Assembly (NCBI RefSeq): GCF_046105845.1
Contig: NZ_CP151004.1
Reading direction: 5' to 3' (one strand)
Length of the DNA stretch: 64,000 nt
DNA from: Escherichia coli
GTDB lineage: Bacteria > Pseudomonadota > Gammaproteobacteria > Enterobacterales > Enterobacteriaceae
The notes under the pieces were generated by a model. That model did no database searches, was not told where the DNA came from, and worked only from the letters and a program-made list of their open reading frames with translations. A program made the translations under genes and the position numbers. Positions 1 to 11,809 of the stretch are shown in pieces. How positions within the stretch are numbered: the first letter of the stretch is position 1; each line of letters begins with the position of its first letter.

Positions 1-1565
1 AAAACGAGCTGGAAGAAGCGGTAATGAGCGACCGTGACACGGGTGCAGCGGCTGAACCGCGCGCGCCGGTTGTGACCATCATGGGTCACGTTGACCACGG
101 TAAAACCTCTCTACTGGACTACATTCGTTCAACGAAAGTGGCCTCTGGCGAAGCGGGCGGCATTACCCAGCACATTGGTGCATACCACGTTGAAACTGAA
201 AACGGCATGATCACCTTCCTGGACACCCCGGGGCACGCCGCGTTTACTTCAATGCGTGCTCGTGGTGCGCAGGCAACGGACATCGTAGTCCTGGTTGTTG
301 CTGCCGACGACGGCGTAATGCCGCAGACCATCGAAGCAATCCAGCACGCGAAAGCGGCGCAGGTTCCGGTGGTCGTTGCAGTGAACAAGATCGATAAACC
401 AGAAGCCGATCCGGATCGCGTTAAGAACGAACTCTCCCAGTACGGCATCCTGCCGGAAGAGTGGGGCGGTGAAAGCCAGTTCGTACATGTGTCTGCGAAA
501 GCGGGTACTGGTATCGATGAGCTGCTGGACGCTATCCTGCTGCAGGCGGAAGTTCTGGAACTGAAAGCGGTACGTAAAGGCATGGCGAGCGGTGCGGTTA
601 TCGAATCCTTCCTCGATAAAGGTCGTGGTCCGGTTGCTACCGTTCTGGTACGTGAAGGTACTCTGCACAAGGGCGATATCGTTCTGTGTGGCTTCGAATA
701 CGGTCGTGTTCGTGCGATGCGTAACGAACTGGGTCAGGAAGTGCTGGAAGCGGGTCCGTCCATTCCGGTGGAAATCCTCGGCCTGTCCGGCGTTCCGGCT
801 GCGGGTGATGAAGTTACCGTTGTACGTGACGAGAAGAAAGCGCGTGAAGTTGCACTCTATCGTCAGGGTAAATTCCGCGAAGTTAAACTGGCGCGTCAGC
901 AGAAATCTAAACTCGAGAACATGTTCGCCAACATGACCGAAGGCGAAGTTCACGAAGTGAATATCGTCCTGAAGGCAGACGTACAGGGTTCCGTGGAAGC
1001 TATCTCCGACTCCTTGCTGAAACTGTCTACTGACGAAGTTAAAGTGAAGATCATCGGTTCTGGCGTAGGTGGTATCACCGAAACCGACGCTACCCTGGCT
1101 GCGGCGTCCAACGCCATCCTGGTTGGCTTCAACGTACGTGCTGATGCCTCTGCACGTAAAGTAATTGAAGCGGAAAGCCTGGATCTGCGTTACTACTCCG
1201 TCATCTATAACCTGATCGACGAAGTGAAAGCGGCAATGAGCGGTATGCTGTCTCCGGAACTGAAACAACAGATTATCGGTCTGGCGGAAGTTCGTGACGT
1301 ATTCAAATCACCGAAATTTGGTGCCATCGCAGGTTGTATGGTTACCGAAGGTGTGGTTAAACGTCACAACCCGATCCGCGTTCTGCGCGACAACGTGGTT
1401 ATCTACGAAGGCGAGCTGGAGTCCCTGCGCCGCTTCAAAGATGACGTTAACGAAGTCCGTAACGGTATGGAATGTGGTATCGGCGTTAAGAACTACAACG
1501 ACGTCCGCACTGGTGATGTGATCGAAGTATTCGAAATCATCGAAATCCAACGTACCATCGCTTAA
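1..1565 (+). CDS. infB: Translation initiation factor IF-2, C-terminal part (5' end lies outside the window)
   Basis: Reading frame is open from the window edge; translation contains the GTP-binding motifs ([17 protein letters not shown]) and the IF-2 C-terminal domain sequence; stop at 1563-1565. Confidence 0.97.
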
Positions 1566-1578
1566 GGTTGTCTGGGTT

Positions 1579-1656
1579 GTAGGCCGGATAAGGCTTTTAC
1601 GCCGCATCCGGCAGCCGTTGCCTGATGCGACGCTCGCGCGTCTTATCAGGCCTACA
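1579..1656. repeat. Two REP (repetitive extragenic palindromic) units forming a BIME-like element in the infB-rbfA spacer
   Basis: gtaggccggataaggc...gccgcatccggca followed by gcctgatgcgacgc...gcgtcttatcaggcctaca; classic REP palindromes. Confidence 0.8.
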
Positions 1657-1683
1657 CAGCCCTTTCCACCTGAGATTAATTTT

Positions 1684-1707
1684 AAAAGGGGCTATGGCCC
1701 CTTTTTT
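1684..1707 (+). terminator. Terminator-like hairpin with T-run immediately upstream of the rbfA ribosome-binding site (possible attenuator)
   Basis: aaaaggggc-tatg-gcccctttttt; SD aggag at 1711-1715 and rbfA ATG at 1724 follow directly. Confidence 0.5.
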
Positions 1708-1723
1708 GTCAGGAGAATTTATT

Positions 1724-2125
1724 ATGGCGAAAGAATTTGGTCGCCCGCAGCGCGTAGCGCAGGAAATGCAAAAAGAGATCGCTCTCATCCTGCAGCGTGA
1801 AATTAAAGATCCTCGTCTGGGCATGATGACCACCGTTTCCGGTGTCGAAATGTCTCGCGACCTGGCGTATGCCAAAGTATATGTAACGTTCCTCAACGAC
1901 AAAGATGAAGACGCGGTTAAAGCGGGCATCAAAGCGCTGCAGGAAGCTTCTGGTTTCATCCGCAGCCTGCTGGGGAAAGCGATGCGCCTGCGTATCGTGC
2001 CGGAACTGACCTTCTTCTACGACAACTCGCTGGTTGAAGGGATGCGCATGTCAAACCTGGTGACCAGCGTGGTCAAACATGACGAAGAACGTCGTGTTAA
2101 CCCGGACGACAGCAAGGAGGACTAA
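1724..2125 (+). CDS. rbfA: Ribosome-binding factor A (30S maturation, cold-shock)
   Basis: 133-aa product [20 protein letters not shown]...; SD aggag 9 nt upstream; the larger ORF 1625..2125 starts inside the REP spacer, so the internal ATG is preferred. Confidence 0.93.
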
Positions 2126-3069
2126 TGAGTCGTCCTCGTCGTCGCGGTCGCGACATTAACGGTGTTTTGTTGCTGGATAAACCGCAGGGTATGTCCAGCA
2201 ACGATGCGCTGCAAAAAGTGAAACGTATATATAACGCCAACCGTGCCGGGCATACCGGTGCGCTGGACCCGCTGGCGACCGGCATGTTGCCGATTTGCCT
2301 CGGGGAAGCGACGAAGTTTTCCCAGTATCTGTTGGACTCCGACAAACGCTATCGGGTCATTGCGCGTCTTGGACAGCGTACCGATACTTCTGATGCCGAC
2401 GGACAAATCGTTGAAGAACGTCCGGTAACCTTTAGCGCAGAGCAACTGGCGGCGGCACTGGATACTTTCCGTGGCGATATCGAACAGATCCCATCGATGT
2501 ATTCAGCACTGAAATACCAGGGCAAAAAACTGTACGAATATGCACGTCAGGGCATTGAAGTTCCGCGTGAAGCGCGTCCGATTACCGTTTATGAACTGCT
2601 GTTTATTCGCCATGAAGGCAATGAGCTGGAGCTGGAAATTCACTGCTCAAAAGGCACTTATATCCGCACCATCATTGATGACCTGGGTGAAAAACTCGGT
2701 TGTGGCGCGCATGTTATTTACCTGCGTCGTCTGGCGGTAAGTAAATATCCGGTTGAACGGATGGTGACCCTGGAACATCTGCGTGAACTGGTTGAGCAAG
2801 CCGAACAGCAGGATATTCCGGCTGCGGAGTTACTTGATCCATTACTGATGCCAATGGACAGTCCAGCTTCGGACTACCCGGTGGTGAATCTTCCGTTAAC
2901 GTCTTCTGTTTACTTCAAAAATGGTAACCCGGTTCGTACATCCGGTGCGCCGCTGGAAGGACTGGTTCGCGTTACAGAAGGTGAGAACGGCAAGTTTATC
3001 GGTATGGGCGAAATTGACGATGAAGGCCGCGTCGCGCCTCGTCGGCTGGTGGTTGAATACCCGGCGTAA
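2125..3069 (+). CDS. truB: tRNA pseudouridine-55 synthase
   Basis: 314-aa ORF; start ATG overlaps the rbfA stop (TAATG); TruB family sequence with the HTGALD catalytic region. Confidence 0.96.
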
Positions 3070-3121
3070 TGTTAACCGTCTTGCGATAACAGGTCGCTAC
3101 GAGTAGAATACTGCCGCTTAA

Positions 3122-3487
<366 letters not shown>

Positions 3488-3499
3488 TTCTTGCGAGTT

Positions 3500-3715
3500 T
3501 CAGAAAAGGGGGCCTGAGTGGCCCCTTTTTTCAAGCTGACGGCAGCAATTCACTGGAAACTAATGTATTGTTGCTATGAATGATCTTCCGTTGCAGAGGT
3601 TCGCGCGGCTAATGAGAGGCTTTACCCACATTGGGCTGGGTTAGGGTTGTCATTAGTCGCGAGGATGCGCAGAAGATCGGGTATTAACACCAGTGCCGTA
3701 AGGTACTGTCTAAGA
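3500..3715 (-). ncRNA. sraG: Candidate antisense small RNA in the rpsO-pnp intergenic region (SraG/PsrO-like); boundaries approximate
   Basis: From memory, a small RNA is transcribed antisense to the pnp leader in this spacer. On the minus strand a TTACGA-N19-TAATAT promoter-like element lies near 3735-3765 and the rpsO hairpin could serve as terminator. Ends are not determined from sequence. Confidence 0.3.
3505..3532. terminator. rpsO intrinsic terminator (symmetrical hairpin, probably bidirectional)
   Basis: aaaagggggcc-tgagt-ggccccttttttc; A-run on one side and T-run on the other so it can terminate either strand. Confidence 0.85.
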
Positions 3716-3733
3716 AAGAGAAAGGATATTACA

Positions 3734-5869
3734 TTGCTTAATCCGATCGTTCGTAAATTCCAGTACGGCCAACACACCGTGACTCTGGAAACCGGCATGA
3801 TGGCTCGTCAGGCTACTGCCGCTGTTATGGTTAGCATGGATGACACCGCGGTATTCGTTACCGTTGTTGGCCAGAAAAAAGCCAAACCAGGTCAGGACTT
3901 CTTCCCACTGACCGTTAACTATCAGGAGCGTACCTACGCTGCTGGTCGTATCCCGGGTAGCTTCTTCCGTCGTGAAGGCCGCCCAAGCGAAGGCGAAACC
4001 CTGATCGCGCGTCTGATTGACCGCCCGATTCGCCCGCTGTTCCCGGAAGGCTTCGTCAACGAAGTTCAGGTTATCGCCACCGTGGTTTCTGTTAACCCGC
4101 AGGTTAACCCGGATATCGTCGCGATGATTGGTGCTTCCGCAGCACTGTCTCTGTCTGGTATTCCGTTCAATGGTCCGATTGGTGCTGCCCGCGTAGGTTA
4201 CATCAATGACCAGTACGTACTGAACCCGACTCAGGACGAACTGAAAGAGAGCAAACTGGATCTGGTTGTTGCGGGTACTGAAGCCGCTGTACTGATGGTT
4301 GAATCTGAAGCTGAACTGCTGAGCGAAGACCAGATGCTGGGCGCAGTAGTGTTCGGTCATGAACAACAGCAGGTTGTTATTCAGAACATCAATGAACTGG
4401 TGAAAGAAGCCGGTAAACCGCGTTGGGACTGGCAGCCGGAGCCGGTAAACGAAGCGCTGAACGCGCGCGTTGCTGCACTGGCTGAAGCTCGTCTGAGCGA
4501 TGCTTACCGTATCACCGACAAACAAGAGCGTTATGCGCAGGTTGATGTCATCAAATCTGAAACCATCGCGACGCTGCTTGCTGAAGACGAAACCCTGGAC
4601 GAAAACGAACTGGGTGAAATTCTGCACGCTATCGAGAAAAACGTTGTTCGTAGCCGCGTACTGGCAGGCGAACCGCGTATCGACGGTCGTGAAAAAGATA
4701 TGATCCGTGGTCTGGATGTGCGTACTGGCGTGCTGCCGCGTACTCACGGTTCTGCGCTGTTCACCCGTGGTGAAACGCAGGCACTGGTTACTGCAACGCT
4801 GGGTACCGCTCGTGACGCACAGGTTCTTGATGAACTGATGGGCGAACGTACCGACACCTTCCTGTTCCACTACAACTTCCCTCCGTACTCCGTAGGCGAA
4901 ACCGGCATGGTCGGTTCTCCGAAGCGTCGTGAAATTGGTCACGGTCGTCTGGCGAAGCGCGGCGTGCTGGCAGTAATGCCGGATATGGACAAATTCCCGT
5001 ATACCGTACGTGTGGTGTCTGAAATCACTGAATCCAACGGTTCTTCTTCTATGGCTTCCGTGTGCGGCGCGTCTCTGGCGCTGATGGACGCAGGTGTGCC
5101 AATCAAAGCTGCCGTTGCGGGTATCGCAATGGGTCTGGTGAAAGAAGGCGACAACTACGTTGTACTGTCTGACATTTTGGGTGACGAAGATCACCTGGGC
5201 GATATGGACTTCAAAGTTGCGGGTTCCCGCGACGGTATCTCTGCATTGCAGATGGATATCAAAATTGAAGGTATCACCAAAGAGATCATGCAGGTTGCGC
5301 TGAACCAGGCTAAAGGTGCGCGTCTGCATATCCTGGGCGTAATGGAACAGGCGATCAACGCGCCGCGTGGCGATATCTCTGAGTTCGCACCGCGTATCCA
5401 TACCATCAAGATCAACCCGGACAAGATCAAAGATGTTATCGGTAAAGGCGGTTCTGTAATCCGTGCTCTGACCGAAGAAACTGGCACCACCATCGAAATC
5501 GAAGATGACGGTACTGTGAAGATCGCAGCGACCGACGGCGAGAAAGCGAAACATGCTATTCGTCGTATCGAAGAGATCACTGCAGAAATCGAAGTGGGCC
5601 GCGTCTACAATGGTAAAGTGACCCGTATCGTTGACTTTGGCGCATTTGTTGCCATCGGTGGCGGTAAAGAAGGTTTGGTACACATCTCTCAGATCGCTGA
5701 CAAACGCGTTGAGAAAGTGACCGATTACCTGCAGATGGGTCAGGAAGTACCGGTGAAAGTTCTGGAAGTTGATCGCCAGGGCCGTATCCGTCTGAGCATT
5801 AAAGAAGCGACTGAGCAGTCTCAACCTGCTGCAGCACCGGAAGCTCCGGCTGCTGAACAGGGCGAGTAA
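3734..5869 (+). CDS. pnp: Polynucleotide phosphorylase (PNPase), with non-canonical UUG start
   Basis: 711-aa product beginning (M)[20 protein letters not shown] at a TTG codon; the 740-aa ORF 3647..5869 is a 5' over-extension into the leader; RNase PH domains, KH and S1 domains recognisable. Confidence 0.95.
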   Translation: MLNPIVRKFQYGQHTVTLETGMMARQATAAVMVSMDDTAVFVTVVGQKKAKPGQDFFPLTVNYQERTYAAGRIPGSFFRREGRPSEGETLIARLIDRPIRPLFPEGFVNEVQVIATVVSVNPQVNPDIVAMIGASAALSLSGIPFNGPIGAARVGYINDQYVLNPTQDELKESKLDLVVAGTEAAVLMVESEAELLSEDQMLGAVVFGHEQQQVVIQNINELVKEAGKPRWDWQPEPVNEALNARVAALAEARLSDAYRITDKQERYAQVDVIKSETIATLLAEDETLDENELGEILHAIEKNVVRSRVLAGEPRIDGREKDMIRGLDVRTGVLPRTHGSALFTRGETQALVTATLGTARDAQVLDELMGERTDTFLFHYNFPPYSVGETGMVGSPKRREIGHGRLAKRGVLAVMPDMDKFPYTVRVVSEITESNGSSSMASVCGASLALMDAGVPIKAAVAGIAMGLVKEGDNYVVLSDILGDEDHLGDMDFKVAGSRDGISALQMDIKIEGITKEIMQVALNQAKGARLHILGVMEQAINAPRGDISEFAPRIHTIKINPDKIKDVIGKGGSVIRALTEETGTTIEIEDDGTVKIAATDGEKAKHAIRRIEEITAEIEVGRVYNGKVTRIVDFGAFVAIGGGKEGLVHISQIADKRVEKVTDYLQMGQEVPVKVLEVDRQGRIRLSIKEATEQSQPAAAPEAPAAEQGE

Positions 5870-5977
5870 GGTTGCCATTTGCCCTCCGCTGCGGCGGGGG
5901 GCTTTTAACCGGGCAGGACGCCTTGTTAGCAACCGGGAACAGGACGTTCATTCAACCGTGGTCTTCGGGAGTGGGAA

Positions 5978-6862
5978 ATGAAGCCTTTTTTGCGCTGGTG
6001 TTTCGTTGCGACAGCACTTACGCTTGCAGGATGCAGTAATACTTCCTGGCGTAAAAGTGAAGTCCTCGCGGTACCATTGCAACCGACTTTACAGCAGGAA
6101 GTGATTCTGGCACGTATGGAACAAATCCTTGCCAGTCGGGCTTTAACCGATGACGAACGCGCACAGCTTTTATATGAGCGCGGAGTGTTGTATGATAGTC
6201 TCGGTCTGAGGGCATTAGCGCGTAACGATTTTTCGCAAGCGCTGGCAATCCGACCGGATATGCCTGAAGTATTCAATTACTTAGGCATATATTTAACGCA
6301 GGCAGGCAATTTTGATGCTGCCTATGAAGCGTTTGATTCTGTACTTGAGCTTGATCCAACTTACAACTACGCGCACTTGAATCGCGGGATCGCATTATAT
6401 TACGGCGGTCGTGACAAGTTAGCGCAAGATGATCTGCTGGCGTTTTATCAAGACGATCCCAATGATCCTTTCCGTAGTCTGTGGCTTTATCTCGCCGAGC
6501 AGAAGCTCGATGAGAAGCAGGCTAAAGAAGTGTTGAAACAGCACTTCGAAAAATCGGATAAGGAACAGTGGGGATGGAACATTGTCGAGTTCTACCTGGG
6601 CAACATTAGCGAACAAACGTTAATGGAAAGGCTCAAGGCGGACGCAACGGATAACACCTCGCTCGCTGAGCATCTCAGTGAAACCAACTTCTATTTAGGT
6701 AAGTACTACCTAAGTCTGGGGGATTTGGACAGCGCCACGGCACTGTTCAAACTGGCGGTTGCCAACAACGTTCATAACTTTGTTGAGCACCGATACGCAT
6801 TGTTGGAATTATCGCTCCTGGGCCAGGACCAAGATGACCTGGCAGAATCGGACCAGCAATAG
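5978..6862 (+). CDS. nlpI: Lipoprotein NlpI (TPR-repeat outer-membrane lipoprotein)
   Basis: 294-aa ORF with lipoprotein signal peptide and lipobox LAGC at residues 16-19. Confidence 0.96.
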
Positions 6863-7041
6863 CTGACGTACACATCAGCCCGTAATCTTTTTTGATTGCC
6901 ATCACCTTAACGGGTGAGGGCGTTGTTGTTCGTTAATACACCTACTTTGAGCCGGTTCACACTTTTCAATGAAAATTGCTGATCAATTTCATGATGAGTT
7001 ATGTAGACTGGCCGCCATTAATTTTGAGGCACACGTACTAC

Positions 7042-8943
7042 ATGGCTGAATTCGAAACCACTTTTGCAGATCTGGGCCTGAAGGCTCCTATCCTTGAAGC
7101 CCTTAACGATCTGGGTTACGAAAAACCATCTCCAATTCAGGCAGAGTGTATTCCACATCTGCTGAATGGCCGCGACGTCCTGGGTATGGCCCAGACGGGG
7201 AGCGGAAAAACTGCAGCATTCTCTTTACCTCTGCTGCAGAATCTTGATCCTGAGCTGAAAGCACCACAGATTCTGGTGCTGGCACCGACCCGCGAACTGG
7301 CGGTACAGGTTGCTGAGGCAATGACGGATTTCTCTAAACACATGCGCGGCGTAAACGTGGTTGCCCTGTACGGCGGCCAGCGTTATGACGTGCAATTACG
7401 CGCCCTGCGTCAGGGGCCGCAGATCGTTGTCGGTACTCCGGGCCGTCTGCTGGATCACCTGAAACGTGGCACTCTGGACCTTTCTAAACTGAGCGGTCTG
7501 GTTCTGGATGAAGCTGACGAAATGCTGCGCATGGGCTTCATCGAAGACGTTGAAACCATTATGGCGCAGATCCCGGAAGGTCATCAGACCGCTCTGTTCT
7601 CTGCAACCATGCCGGAAGCGATTCGTCGCATTACCCGCCGCTTTATGAAAGAGCCGCAGGAAGTGCGCATTCAGTCCAGCGTGACTACCCGTCCTGACAT
7701 CAGCCAGAGCTACTGGACTGTCTGGGGTATGCGTAAAAACGAAGCACTGGTACGTTTCCTGGAAGCGGAAGATTTTGATGCGGCGATTATCTTCGTTCGT
7801 ACCAAAAATGCGACTCTGGAAGTGGCTGAAGCTCTTGAGCGTAACGGCTACAACAGCGCCGCGCTAAACGGTGACATGAACCAGGCGCTGCGTGAGCAGA
7901 CACTGGAACGCCTGAAAGATGGTCGTCTGGACATCCTGATTGCGACCGACGTTGCGGCCCGTGGCCTGGACGTTGAGCGTATCAGCCTGGTAGTTAACTA
8001 CGATATCCCGATGGATTCTGAGTCTTACGTTCACCGTATCGGTCGTACTGGTCGTGCGGGCCGTGCTGGCCGTGCGCTGCTGTTCGTTGAGAACCGTGAG
8101 CGTCGTCTGCTGCGCAACATTGAACGCACCATGAAGCTGACCATTCCGGAAGTTGAACTGCCGAACGCAGAACTGCTGGGCAAACGTCGTCTGGAAAAAT
8201 TCGCCGCTAAAGTACAGCAGCAGCTGGAAAGCAGCGATCTGGATCAATACCGTGCACTGCTGAGCAAAATTCAGCCGACTGCCGAAGGCGAAGAGCTGGA
8301 TCTCGAAACTCTGGCCGCCGCACTGCTGAAAATGGCACAGGGTGAACGTACTCTGATTGTTCCGCCAGATGCGCCGATGCGTCCGAAACGTGAATTCCGT
8401 GACCGTGATGACCGTGGTCCGCGCGATCGTAACGACCGTGGCCCGCGTGGTGACCGTGAAGATCGTCCGCGTCGTGAACGTCGTGATGTTGGCGATATGC
8501 AGCTGTACCGCATTGAAGTGGGCCGCGATGATGGTGTTGAAGTTCGTCATATCGTTGGCGCGATTGCTAACGAAGGTGACATCAGCAGCCGTTACATTGG
8601 TAACATCAAGCTGTTTGCTTCTCACTCCACCATCGAACTGCCAAAAGGTATGCCGGGTGAAGTGCTGCAACACTTTACGCGTACTCGCATTCTCAACAAG
8701 CCGATGAACATGCAGTTACTGGGCGATGCACAGCCGCATACTGGCGGTGAGCGTCGTGGCGGTGGTCGTGGTTTCGGTGGCGAACGTCGTGAAGGTGGTC
8801 GTGAAGGCGGTCGTAACTTCAGCGGTGAACGCCGTGAAGGTGGTCGTGGTGATGGTCGTCGTTTTAGCGGCGAACGTCGTGAAGGCCGCGCTCCGCGTCG
8901 TGATGACTCTACCGGTCGTCGTCGTTTCGGTGGTGATGCGTAA
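7042..8943 (+). CDS. deaD: Cold-shock DEAD-box ATP-dependent RNA helicase DeaD/CsdA
   Basis: Start at [13 protein letters not shown]; motifs GSGKTAAF (Walker A), [18 protein letters not shown]; Arg/Gly-rich repetitive C-terminal tail; ORF 6976..8943 is a 5' over-extension. Confidence 0.94.
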
Positions 8944-8985
8944 TCATCGCTGAACAGCGAACACAATCTGTAAAATAATATATAC

Positions 8986-9017
8986 AGCCCCGATTTTTAC
9001 CATCGGGGCTTTTTTTC
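8986..9017 (+). terminator. deaD intrinsic terminator
   Basis: agccccgat-ttttacc-atcggggct followed by ttttttt. Confidence 0.85.
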
Positions 9018-9025
9018 TGTCTTTT

Positions 9026-9044
9026 GTACTCGTGTACTGGTACA
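9026..9044. promoter_or_regulatory. TrpR operator-like GTAC repeats in the mtr promoter
   Basis: gtactcgtgtactggtaca, about 55 nt upstream of the mtr ATG; resembles the TrpR operator core. Confidence 0.6.
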
Positions 9045-9096
9045 GTGCAATGCATAACAACGCAGTCGCACTATTTTTCACTGGAGAAAAGCCCTC

Positions 9097-10341
9097 ATGG
9101 CAACACTAACCACCACCCAAACGTCACCGTCGCTGCTTGGCGGCGTGGTGATCATCGGCGGCACCATTATTGGCGCAGGGATGTTTTCTCTGCCAGTGGT
9201 TATGTCCGGGGCGTGGTTCTTCTGGTCAATGGCGGCGCTGATCTTTACCTGGTTCTGTATGCTGCATTCCGGCTTGATGATTCTGGAAGCTAACCTGAAT
9301 TATCGAATCGGTTCTAGCTTTGACACCATCACCAAAGATTTGCTGGGCAAAGGCTGGAACGTAGTCAACGGCATTTCCATTGCCTTTGTGCTCTATATCC
9401 TGACTTACGCCTATATTTCTGCCAGCGGTTCGATTCTGCATCACACCTTCGCGGAGATGTCGCTGAACGTCCCTGCACGGGCAGCTGGATTTGGTTTTGC
9501 ACTGCTGGTAGCGTTCGTGGTGTGGTTGAGTACGAAAGCTGTCAGCCGGATGACAGCAATTGTGCTGGGGGCGAAAGTCATTACTTTCTTCCTCACCTTC
9601 GGCAGCCTGCTGGGGCATGTACAGCCAACGACCTTGTTCAACGTTGCCGAAAGCAATGCGTCTTATGCGCCGTATCTGCTGATGACACTGCCATTCTGTC
9701 TGGCATCGTTTGGTTATCACGGTAACGTGCCGAGCCTGATGAAGTATTACGGCAAAGATCCGAAAACCATCGTGAAATGCCTGGTGTACGGTACGCTGAT
9801 GGCGCTGGCGCTGTATACCATCTGGTTGCTGGCGACGATGGGCAACATCCCTCGTCCGGAGTTTATCGGCATTGCCGAGAAGGGCGGTAACATTGATGTG
9901 CTGGTACAGGCATTAAGCGGCGTGCTGAACAGCCGTAGCCTGGATCTGCTGCTGGTCGTGTTCTCAAACTTTGCGGTAGCGAGTTCGTTCCTCGGCGTTA
10001 CGCTGGGTTTGTTTGACTATCTGGCAGATCTGTTTGGTTTCGATGACTCGGCTATGGGCCGCTTGAAAACAGCATTGTTGACCTTTGCACCGCCTGTTGT
10101 GGGTGGTCTGCTGTTCCCGAATGGATTCCTGTACGCCATTGGCTATGCTGGCTTAGCAGCTACCATCTGGGCGGCAATTGTACCGGCGCTGTTGGCCCGC
10201 GCATCGCGTAAACGCTTTGGCAGCCCGAAATTCCGCGTCTGGGGCGGTAAGCCGATGATTGCGCTGATTCTGGTGTTTGGCGTCGGCAACGCACTGGTGC
10301 ATATTTTATCGAGCTTTAATTTGCTGCCGGTGTATCAGTAA
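9097..10341 (+). CDS. mtr: Tryptophan-specific permease Mtr (aromatic amino acid HAAAP family)
   Basis: 414-aa polytopic membrane protein [33 protein letters not shown]... Confidence 0.96.
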   Translation: MATLTTTQTSPSLLGGVVIIGGTIIGAGMFSLPVVMSGAWFFWSMAALIFTWFCMLHSGLMILEANLNYRIGSSFDTITKDLLGKGWNVVNGISIAFVLYILTYAYISASGSILHHTFAEMSLNVPARAAGFGFALLVAFVVWLSTKAVSRMTAIVLGAKVITFFLTFGSLLGHVQPTTLFNVAESNASYAPYLLMTLPFCLASFGYHGNVPSLMKYYGKDPKTIVKCLVYGTLMALALYTIWLLATMGNIPRPEFIGIAEKGGNIDVLVQALSGVLNSRSLDLLLVVFSNFAVASSFLGVTLGLFDYLADLFGFDDSAMGRLKTALLTFAPPVVGGLLFPNGFLYAIGYAGLAATIWAAIVPALLARASRKRFGSPKFRVWGGKPMIALILVFGVGNALVHILSSFNLLPVYQ

Positions 10342-10401
10342 TTGAACGAGCCGGATGAGCAGTTTTCATCCGGCAATAATTCACAAGTACACGAGATGGT
10401 A

Positions 10402-10932
10402 TCAAATAAACCCCTGTTTATTATAAAGTTCTTCAGCGAGAGCTTCCCCGTGCTCATCGAAAAAAGCATCGGCGATAGTTAAATTTTCTGCCTTAGGATT
10501 TGCCGTTATTTTGCTACCATTGGCATCAAATTCGAGCGCGATAGCGGTCTCCGAACCCCACCAGTAATAATAAATTAGCGCAAAATTATTTTCCCCTGGC
10601 GTAATAAACTTCTCGATTCCCCGCACACAGGCCATGAGTGGCATGAAGATTTCATAGCTCTCTGAGAGAAATATGTGATCCATCGTGACTATCTGTGTTT
10701 CTTTATTAAAGTTGATATGTTCGGCATAAATATTCTTTTCACTTTCACCAGAATTACAAGCTGCAAGATTGTTAAGCATTTTTGCAGGATCGCCGTACAA
10801 CCGCTGCTTCTCGATAAACCATGGCAACCAGTCGTCATGGTCTTTGATATTTGTTGCTGGTGAATGGAAAAACTTCTCGAGGTTACTCTCGGTAATATGT
10901 GCATGAAGAAAAAAGGAAGCCGGTTCACTCAT
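10402..10932 (-). CDS. Hypothetical 176-aa acidic cytoplasmic protein; no recognisable family; accessory relative to K-12
   Basis: Intact ORF in a visibly AT-rich segment, divergent from the neighbouring YafK-like gene; no signal peptide; aromatic-rich patch IYYYWWGSE; no catalytic motif recognised. Confidence 0.6.
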   Translation of the reverse strand: MSEPASFFLHAHITESNLEKFFHSPATNIKDHDDWLPWFIEKQRLYGDPAKMLNNLAACNSGESEKNIYAEHINFNKETQIVTMDHIFLSESYEIFMPLMACVRGIEKFITPGENNFALIYYYWWGSETAIALEFDANGSKITANPKAENLTIADAFFDEHGEALAEELYNKQGFI

Positions 10933-11089
10933 AATGATTTTCTCTGGTAATAAGTCGATTTGTTCATTTCTCTGTTTGGCGATGATAAAACGATGACTAT
11001 TTTATAAAAGTACAGAACTGGACCTTTTATCTATTTCATATCATAAGAAAATATATACAAGAACTGGCTCAGAATAAGCGGAATACGAA

Positions 11090-11809
11090 ATGGGGCGTAA
11101 AGGACTACTTGCTATTGTATTGTTGAGCCTGTTTATCGCCATGATTTTTCAATTTTTCTGGCCTGCCCCACACGATGAACACGTTTTCCTGCCAGTTGAA
11201 AAACCTGTCGCACCGTCTTTAAAAATCATTCATCCTGGTGACCAGTTATTTATCCGCATTCTGAAAGCGGAAGATAAGCTGGAACTGTGGGCAAGCACCA
11301 ACAACAAGCCTTACGAACTCTATAAAACCTGGACTATATGCGCGTGGTCTGGTGGCTTAGGGCCAAAACACAAACAGGGGGATGGTAAAAGCCCGGAAGG
11401 TTTTTATGCCACCAACAAAGGGTTGCTTAACCCAAACAGCCGCTATCATCTGGCATTTAATATTGGTTACCCGAATGCTTACGATCGGGCAAACGGCTAC
11501 ACCGGTGATTTCATTATGGTTCACGGGAACTGCGTTTCAGCGGGCTGCTATGCCATGACCGATGCTGGTATTGAAGAGATTTATCAACTGGTGGCGCAGG
11601 CGCTGAATAGCGGGCAGAAGAGCGTGCCGGTGCATATCTTCCCGTTTGCGATGAACGAAGAAAATATGCGCCAGGCGCAGGTATGGCCGGAATATAATTT
11701 CTGGCGTATGTTGAAGCCCGGCTATGATTACTTTGAAAAAAATCGCCGATTGCCAACCATCACCGTTGAAAACCGGCGTTATAAAATCAGCCCAACAATT
11801 CTTCCTTAA
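11090..11809 (+). CDS. YafK/DpaA-like L,D-transpeptidase-fold protein (paralog of the Lpp-peptidoglycan amidase family); accessory relative to K-12
   Basis: 239 aa with N-terminal hydrophobic segment [19 protein letters not shown]; motifs [39 protein letters not shown] (His/Cys of the YkuD-type active site), FPF and KPGYDYFE match my recollection of YafK. Confidence 0.7.
   Translation: MGRKGLLAIVLLSLFIAMIFQFFWPAPHDEHVFLPVEKPVAPSLKIIHPGDQLFIRILKAEDKLELWASTNNKPYELYKTWTICAWSGGLGPKHKQGDGKSPEGFYATNKGLLNPNSRYHLAFNIGYPNAYDRANGYTGDFIMVHGNCVSAGCYAMTDAGIEEIYQLVAQALNSGQKSVPVHIFPFAMNEENMRQAQVWPEYNFWRMLKPGYDYFEKNRRLPTITVENRRYKISPTILP

Noticed and set aside
249-1268. 339-aa minus-strand ORF antisense to infB (and 119..670)
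   Set aside because: Low-complexity translation, no start context; shadow of infB.
3710-5932. 740-aa ORF on the minus strand exactly antisense to pnp
   Set aside because: No recognisable protein features and entirely contained in the antisense of a highly conserved gene; long stop-free antisense frames are a known by-product of codon bias. Shadow ORF.
7864-8966. Minus-strand and alternate-frame ORFs over the deaD 3' half (269-aa, R/P/S-rich 114-aa, V-rich 75-aa)
   Set aside because: Artefacts of the periodic Arg/Gly codon repeats of the DeaD tail; extreme low complexity.
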